Positions 55,741-64,000 of a stretch of 64,000 nt of DNA are shown here, one piece after another (position 1 is the first letter of the stretch; the number at the start of each line of letters is the position of its first letter). The translations under genes were made by a program, and so were the position numbers. The DNA is from the human T2T-CHM13v2.0 reference genome, Homo sapiens: NCBI RefSeq assembly GCF_009914755.1, contig NC_060946.1. One strand, 5' to 3'. Under the pieces are notes generated by a model. The model was not told where the DNA came from, did not search any database, and saw only the letters and a program-made list of their open reading frames with translations.

Positions 55741-58700
55741 TCCATTCCATTCCATTCTATTCCACTGCACTCCACTGCACTCCACTCCACTCAATTCGAC
55801 TCCACTCCAGTCCAATTCATTCCATTCCAATCCCTTCCATTCCAAGGCTTTCTTTCGACAGGATCTCCCTCTGTCACACAGGCTGTAGTGCATTGGCACA
55901 GTCTCAGCACACATTTCTTGTCACCATTTCATTCCATTCCATTCCATTCCGTTCCATTCCATTCCATTCTATTACACTACATTCCATTCTACTGCAATCC
56001 ATTCTACTCTACTCCAGTGCACTCCACTCCATTTCATTCCACTACATTCCATTCCACTCTTTTCCACTCCATTCCAATCTATTCCGTTCCATTCCTCTCC
56101 ATTCCATTCCACTCCACTCCACTCCATTCCACTCCTCTCCACTCCATTCCTCTCCACTCCACTCCATTCCACTTCACTCCATTCCATTTCATTCCATTCC
56201 ACTCCATTCCATTCCCTTCCATTACATTCTATTTGATTGCATTCCACTCCACTCCACCCCATTCCTCTCCATTCCACTCCACTCCACTCCATTCCATACC
56301 ATTCCATTCCACTCCATTCCATTCCTCTCCACCCTATTCCAATCCATTGCATTCCACTCCACTCCACTTTAATCCACTCCACTCCACTCCTCTCCACTCC
56401 ATTCCATTCCATTCCATTTCACTCCATTGCATTCCATTCCTTTCTTTCAACAGGATATCACTGTGTCACCCAGGCTGGAGTGCAGTGGCACAATCTCTGT
56501 TCACATTACATGTCAACTTTCCATTTCACTGCATTCTATTCCATTGCATTCCATTGCTTTCCATTACATTCCATTCCAGTCCATTCCATTCCACTCCACT
56601 CCATTCCATTCCACGCCACTCCACTCCACTCCACTCCACTCCATTCCATTCCATACCATTCCTTTCCTTTGTTTCCAAAGGATCTCACTGTCACAGAGGC
56701 TGCAGTGCAGTGGCACAATCTCAGTTCACATTTCTTTTCACCATTCCTTTGCATTCCATTCCATCCCATTCCATTCCTCTCTATTTCACTCCACTCCACT
56801 CCGCTCCATTCCATTCCACTCCATCCCATTCCATTCGACAACATTCCACTAAACTCCACTCCACTCCACTCCACTCCACTCCACTCAACTCCATTCCATT
56901 CCGTTCCATACCATTTCACTCCATTGCATTCTATAGCTTCCTTTCCACAGGATATCACCATGTCACCCAGGGTGGAGTGCAGTGATACTATCTCAGCTCA
57001 CATTACATGTCAACTTTCCATTGCTTTGCATTCAAGTGCATTCCATTCCTTTCCATTCCATTCCATTCCGTTCCATTCCATTCCATTCCACTCCGTTCGA
57101 CTCCACTCCTCTCCACTCCTCTACATTCCATTACATCCAATTCCATTCCACTCTATTCCACTCGTCTCTACTCCACTGCACTCCACTCCACTCCGTTCCA
57201 CTCCATTCCACTCCATCTCATTCCATTCCGCTCCATTCGACTGCACTCCACTCCACCCCACTCTACTCCACTTCATTCCATTCCATTCCATCTCATTCCA
57301 TTACTCTCCATTCCACTCCACTCCACTTCACTCCACTCCACTCCTCTCCAGTCCACTCCATTCCATTCCATTCCATTACACTGCATTCCATTCCATTCCT
57401 TTCTTTCGAGAGTATCTCACTCTGTCACACAGCCTGGAGCGTGGTGGCACAATCTCAGCTCACATTACATTTCACCATTCCATTCCATTCTCTTCCTTTC
57501 TATTCCACTCCACTCCACTCCAGTACGTTCCCCTCCACTCCACTCCATTCCAGTCTATTCCAGTCCTTTCCATTCCATCCCATTCCATTCCACTTCTTTC
57601 CACTCCACTCCCCTCCACTCCACTCCAATCCATTCCATTCCACTCCATTCCATTCCATTCCTTTCTTTTGACAGGATCTCACTCTATCAACCAGGCTGGT
57701 ATGCAGTGGCACAATCTCAGCTCACATTTCATTTCACTATTCCACTCCATTCCATTCCATTCCACTGCACTCCACTCCACTCCAGTCAATTCCATTCCAC
57801 TCCACTCCAATCAATTCCATTCCATTCCATTCCAATCCCTTCTATTCCACTCATTTCTTTCAACAGGGTCTCCCTGTGTCACACATTTCTTTTCACCATT
57901 TCATTCCAATCCACTCCAGTCCACTCCACTCCATTCCAATCCATGTCAATCCATTCCACTCTACTTCACTCCAGTCCACTCGTCTCCATTCCACTCCACT
58001 CCACTGCATTCCACTCCATGCCACTCCATTCCATTCCACGCCACTCCATTCCACTCCACTGCATTCCACTCCACTGCATTCCACTGCATGACACTCCATT
58101 CCACTCCACTCCATTCCATTCCACTCTACTCCACTCCACTCCACTCCACTCAATTCCATTTCACTCCACTCCATTCCTCTCCACTCCACTCCACTCCTCT
58201 CCATTCCACTCCACTGCATTCCTTTCCACTCCATTCCATTCCATTCCTTTCTTTCCACAGGAACTCACTATGTCACAAAGGCTGGAGTGCAGTGGCACAG
58301 TCTCAGCTGACATTTCTTTTCACCATTCCATTGCATTCCATTCCATCCCATTCCATTCCACTCTATTTCACTCCACCCCACTCCACTCCACTCCGTTCCA
58401 CTCCTTCCCTTTCCATTCCGCTCCACTCCACTCCATTCCACTCCGTTGCATTCCATTCATTTCTTTCAACAGGATATCACTGTGTCAACCTGGCTGCAGT
58501 GCAGTGGCACAATCTCAGCTCACGTTACATGTCATCTTTCCTTTGCGTTGCATTCTATTCCATTGCATTCCATTGCATTCCATTCCATTCCAGTCCTTTC
58601 CATTCTATTCCATTCCATTCAATTCCATTCCATTCCACTCTGTTCCACTCCACTCCCCTGCACTGCACTACATTCCATTACACCCGATCCCATTCCACTC

Positions 58701-59426
58701 CATTCCAGCCCTCTCCACTCCACTGCACTCCACTCCACTCTATTGCAATCCATCCCATTCCATTCCGCTCCATACCACTGCACTCCACTCCACCCCACTC
58801 CACTCCTCTTCATTCCATTCCATTCCATCTTTTTCCATTCCTCTCTATTGCACTCTACTCCACTTCACTCCACTCCACTCCAAACCATTCCATTCCATTC
58901 CACTGCATTCAATTCCATTCCTTTCTTTTGAGAGTATCTCACTCTGTCACCCAGCCTGGAGCGCAGTGGCAGAATCTCAGCTCACATTTCATTTCACCAT
59001 TCCATTGCATTCTACTCCATTAAATTCCACTCCACTCCACTCCAATCCATTCCACTCCACTCCACCCCAGTCCAGTCCACTCCAGTCCTTTTCTTTCCAT
59101 CCCATTTCATTCCACTCCTTTCTACTCCACTCCATTCCACTTCTCTCAACTCCATTACATTTCATTCCACTCCATTCCATTCCATTCCACTCCATTCCAT
59201 TCCAGTACTTTCTTTTGACAGTATCTCACTCTGTCACCCAGGCTAGTGTGCAGTGGCACAATCTCAGCTCATAATTTCACCATTCCATTCCACTGCACTC
59301 CACTCCACTCCACTCCACTCAATTCCATACCACTCCACTCCAATCTATTCCATTCCATTCCAATCCCTTCCATTCTACTCCTTTATTTCAACAGGGTCTC
59401 CATCTGTCACACAGGCTGTAGTGCAG
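55741..59426. repeat. HSat3 domain B, single-copy continuation (12 cassettes)
   Basis: Cassettes lie near 55857, 56449, 56675, 56947, 57407, 57670, 57862 (internally deleted), 58255, 58468, 58930, 59217 and 59390 (truncated). Confidence 0.9.
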
Positions 59427-60955
59427 GTGATGAGACTATTTTATAGGCTCTGTGTATGGGGGCATTGTGACCTATCTCTGCACTGATCACCCAGGTGATG
59501 GGACTTTTGTCTAGGCTCTGCCTACGGTGCCATTGTGACATATCTCTTCACTGATCACCCAGGTGATGTAACTCTTGTGTTGGATCTGCCTAGGGGGCAT
59601 CATGACATATTTCTGCACTGATCACCCAGGTGTTGGGACTCTTGTCTAGGCTCTGTATATGGGGGATTTGTGACATATCCCTGCACTGATCACCCAGGTG
59701 ATGTAACGCTTGACTAGGCTGTGAATTCTGGGGCATAGTGACATATCACTGCATTGATCACCGAGATGATGTAACTCTTGTCCAGGCTCTACATATAGAA
59801 GGCCCAGTGACATATCTCTGCACCGATCATCTACTTGATGTAACTCTTGGTTACACATTGCCTACAAGGACATTGTGAAATATCTCTTTACTGATCAACC
59901 AGGTGATCTAAGTCTTGTCTAGGCTCTGCCTACAGGGGGTTTTGTGACATAACCCTGCACTGATCACCCAGGTGATGGGACTCTTCTCTAGGCTCTGCCT
60001 ACTGGTGGCATTGTCACATATTTCTGCACTGATCACCCAGGTGATGGACTCTTGTCTTGGATCTGCCCATGGGGGCATTGTGACATATCTCTGCACTGAT
60101 CACCCAGGTGATGTAACTCTAGTCTAAGCTCTGCCTAAAGTGGCATTGTGACAGATCTCTGCACTGATCACTCAGCTGATGTAACTATTGTCTAGGCTCT
60201 GCTTAAAGGGGCCTTGTCACATATGTCTACACTGATCACCCAGGTGATGTAACTGTTGTCTAGGCTCTGCTTACAGAGGATATTGTAACATATCTCTGCA
60301 CTGATAACGTAAGTGATGTAACACTTGTGTAGGCTCTGCCTACAGGGGCATTTTGACATATCTCTGCACTGTTAACCGAGGTGATGTAATTCTTCTCTAG
60401 GGTGTGCCCATAGGGGTGTTGAGACATATCTCTGCACTGATCCCAAGGTGATCCAACTCTTGCCTGGGCTCTGCCTACTGGGGGCATTGTGACATATCTC
60501 TGCACTGATCTCCCACGTGATGTAACTTTTCTCTAAGCTCGGGCTACATGGCATTGTGACATATTACTGCACTGATCACCCAGGTGATATAACCCTTGTC
60601 TAGGCTCTGCCTACAGGGGGCTTGTGACACATCTCTGCACTGATCACCCAGGTGATGTATCTCTTGTCTAGGATCCACCTACAGGGTGCTTTGTGACATA
60701 TCCCTGCAATGATCACCTAGGTGAGGTACAACTTGTCAAAGCTCTGCCTACAAGGGGTTTGCTATGTATCTCTGCACTGATCATATAGGTCATGTATCTC
60801 TTGTCTAGGCTCTGCCTACAGGGGACATTGTGATATGTCTCTGCACTGATCACCCAAATGATGCAAATCTTCTCTAGACTCCACAGGGAGGGGGCATTGT
60901 GACATATTTCTGAACTGATCATCCGGGAGATGTAACTATTCTCCAGGCTTTGACT
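59424..60955. repeat. Beta satellite (68-bp Sau3A, BSR), ~22 monomers
   Basis: CTGATCACCCAGGTGATGTAACTCTTGTCTAGGCTCTGCCTACAGGGGGCATTGTGACATATCTCTGCA-like monomer at ~68-bp spacing (TGATC at 59484, 59552, 59619). Confidence 0.96.
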
Positions 60956-61071
60956 AAAGAGCGTCGGAAGGTGTTGGGAGAACCTCAGCTGGAATTTCAC
61001 GGACGGACAAGGGCACAGAGAGGCCAGTGGGCTCCCTTGCACGTCAGCTGGGGTGTTCAATGAGCACAGGT
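60870..61071 (-). other. pLAM-like region / homologue of DUX4 exon 3, without ATTAAA poly(A) signal
   Basis: Minus strand reads CTAG|ACCTG...GCTGACGTGCAAGGGAGC...CTCTCTGTGCCCTTGT...CCTTCCGACGCT...GTTACATCTCCCGGATGATCAGTTCAGAAATAT-GTCACA-ATGCCCCCTCCCTGTGGA. This is collinear with the recalled 4qA pLAM. Acceptor AG is at 61073-61072. Confidence 0.88.
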
Positions 61072-61439
61072 CTAGCCAGGAGACCGACAAAGAGAGCTAG
61101 AGGTCTGCATTCTGCCGCCAGGCGCTCCACGGTGGCAGCTGGGAGGCTTCAGGGTCACGGACAGGCCGGCGACGGTGGCGCGGAGGTTCAGAGGAGGCGA
61201 TTCGCCGTATGGGTGACAGGGCTGGATGCTGCGTGGGCCTGGTGTTTTGCGGGACGGGTTTCTCCACCCAGGGCAGGGGAGGATGCATTTTCTGGGTGTG
61301 GGGGGTGGGCGGGGAAGGGGGTGTTCATTCGGGGTTGGGGTGGTGGAAAGGCATGAGAGCTCTGCCTGGGCTGCTCCCACATCCCAGGCGGCTGTCTGCA
61401 AACCCGCGCATGCGCAGTAGGCGGCCCACCTGCTGGTAC

Positions 61440-61521
61440 CTGGGACGGCTCTGTGATCCCCGGGATGCCCAGGAGAGAATGGCTGTTCTCCGCTGTGTGG
61501 AGCCTCTCACTGGGCCTAAAC
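61440..61521 (-). other. Homologue of DUX4 non-coding exon 2
   Basis: Intron-1 donor GGG|GTTGGG has GT at 61653-61652. Acceptor TTCCTACCTTCTAG| has AG at 61523-61522. Donors are CCCAG|GTACC (61439) and CAGCAG|GTGGG (61429). Confidence 0.82.
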
Positions 61522-62052
61522 CTAGAAGGTAGGAATCCTAGGCCGGTCAGCCTGGTGGAGGGGGTGGGCGGAAGACACGCCCCTCCATAGCCAGCCAGGT
61601 GTTCCCGGCAAAACAGAGGCCACCGCCCTGCCACTACCCGACCCCATCCCAACCCCGCGTCCTAAAGCTCCTCCAGCAGATCCCGGTATTCTTCCTCGCT
61701 GAGGGGTGCTTCCAGCGAGGCGGCCTCTTCCAAGGCCTCCAGCTCTCCCGGAGCCTCCGTTTCTAGGAAAGGTTGCGCCTGCTGCAGAAACTCTGGGCTC
61801 GCCAGGAGCTCATCCAGCAGCAGACTGGAGGGGAGTGCAGACGAGTGCGCCGGCTACTCGAGTGTCTGGGAAGGCCCCGGGATGCCTTGCATCTGCTCTT
61901 GCCGCACGGAGGCCTCCGGGAGACACGGGCTGGCGAGGTGGAGCTGCCCTGGCTTGGGGTTCCCACACTGCCCCGGCGACCTGGGGACCCCGGCCCCAGA
62001 ACCACCACAGAGTCCCCTGGGAAGCGGGTGGCGCAAACACACCTTGGCCCTA

Positions 62053-63118
<1,066 letters not shown>

Positions 63119-63175
63119 ACCCAGGGACAGCCTGCACCACCCCGGAAGGGTCCCAGGGCGTCGAGGCCTGCGGCC

Positions 63176-63285
63176 AGGGGGGTGGTGGGGTGGGGGAGAG
63201 GGCCTGGTTACGGCAGTGGTGGGGCTGGAGACACGAAGAGGAAGGGGGCAAGGGGGAAGGGGTGAGGGGGTGGCGTTTTGGGGGC
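63176..63285 (+). other. G-run cluster with G-quadruplex potential
   Basis: GGGGGGTGGTGGGGTGGGGGAGAGGG and GGGGGCAAGGGGGAAGGGGTGAGGGGG, with a similar cluster at ~61295-61345. Motif only; no folding evidence. Confidence 0.55.
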
Positions 63286-63725
63286 TGGCTCTCCGGACCT
63301 CTCAAGGAATCCCGCGGGAACTGGAAGCCGCTCTCTGGGCTCCCACTAGTCTTCAGCAGGAAGAAACCGGCCTGGGAGGGTGGAGGGGAGTTTGGAAATG
63401 AACCTCCGTGGGAGTCTTGAGTGTTTCAGGCCCTCTCTCGGTGAAGGAGGCAGTGCCTGTGGGTGTCACCATTGCCGGGACAGTCTCACACAGGCAGGCG
63501 TGTGGCTCTCGTTCATTTCCACTTAGGAGACCAGAGCGAGACCCTAGAGAGAAGAAGCCTCCCCGGCGTGATGGCCTGACGATGGATTCACGTGTGCGGC
63601 ATCATGGGGATTCCGCAGTGTGGCCTGTTTGGAAACTGGCAAGGACAGCGAAGGCACCATGCCGGTCTTCCACACTTCCCTGCATGTTTCCGGGTGTCTG
63701 CAGAGCTCCGGGAGCAAACAGTCAG

Positions 63726-64000
63726 CATGACACATCTCTGAACTGATCAACAGTGTGATGTTACTCTTGTCTAGGCTCTGCCTACAGGGGCTTTGTGACA
63801 TGTCTCTACACTGATCACCCAGGTGATGGGACTTTTGTCTAGGCTCTGCCTATGGGTGCATTGTGACATATCTCTGCACTGATCACCCAGGTGATTTAAC
63901 TCTTGTGTTGGATCTGCCTATTGGGGCATTGTGAAATATTTCTGCACTGATCACCCAGGTGATGGGACTCTTGTCTAGGCTCTGTGTATGTGGGGTTTGT
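63726..64000. repeat. Beta satellite (68-bp), continues beyond window
   Basis: About four monomers in the same orientation as the left block (CTGATCACCCAGGTGAT at 63811, 63879, 63947). Confidence 0.95.

Larger units (their letters stand above)
1..59426. repeat. Human satellite III (HSat3) array, (CATTC)n on + strand
   Basis: Continuous diverged CATTC pentamer in a single orientation, apart from a ~23-bp inversion at 3096-3118. No GATGAT-type motif of HSat2 was seen. Confidence 0.97.

Noticed and set aside
275-59426. CRISPR-like look of conserved cassettes separated by variable spacers
   Set aside because: The repeats are Alu-derived, the spacers are satellite pentamers of 150-600 bp rather than unique ~30-40 bp sequences, there are no cas genes, and the context is primate.
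1-59446. Hundreds of ORFs up to 1089 aa (HSIPF/MEWNG repeats)
   Set aside because: CATTC, CACTC and GGAAT pentamers contain no stop codon in any frame, so long ORFs are expected. Their frames also shift freely between the four units through 5-bp indels.
61537-61542. CCTAGG (BlnI/AvrII) site as a marker of 10q-type D4Z4
   Set aside because: The site is present, but I cannot confirm it is at the position of the diagnostic 10q site. It may be an independent substitution.

Overview
Human or great-ape heterochromatin with no intact protein-coding gene. Bases 1-59426 are a satellite III (HSat3, CATTC on the + strand) array built from two flavours. Domain A is a CpG-bearing CATTC/CGATT/GAGTC type. 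Domain B is a CACTC-rich type punctuated every ~0.2-0.7 kb by a ~56-bp antisense Alu 3'-end cassette (about 88 counted by eye). A 12.6-kb A+B segment is present as four near-identical tandem copies (5211-55740), overlaid on older ~1.5-2 kb and ~5 kb periodicities. The array ends inside an Alu cassette and is joined to 68-bp beta satellite (59424-~60955). Next comes a single 5'-truncated D4Z4-family unit on the minus strand carrying a DUX4-like pseudogene (ATG 62931, stop 61662; three nonsense codons and one frameshift), with recognisable introns, a pLAM-like exon 3 lacking the ATTAAA signal, and a TATAA-type promoter. Beta satellite resumes at ~63726. All satellite ORFs in the track are repeat artefacts. 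I found no convincing new gene system. The interesting signal is architectural: nested repeat hierarchy, mosaic unit history, precise junction scars, and the state of the DUX4 polyadenylation and promoter sites. Comparisons with 4q DUX4/pLAM and Alu consensus rest on recalled sequence, not on a database search.
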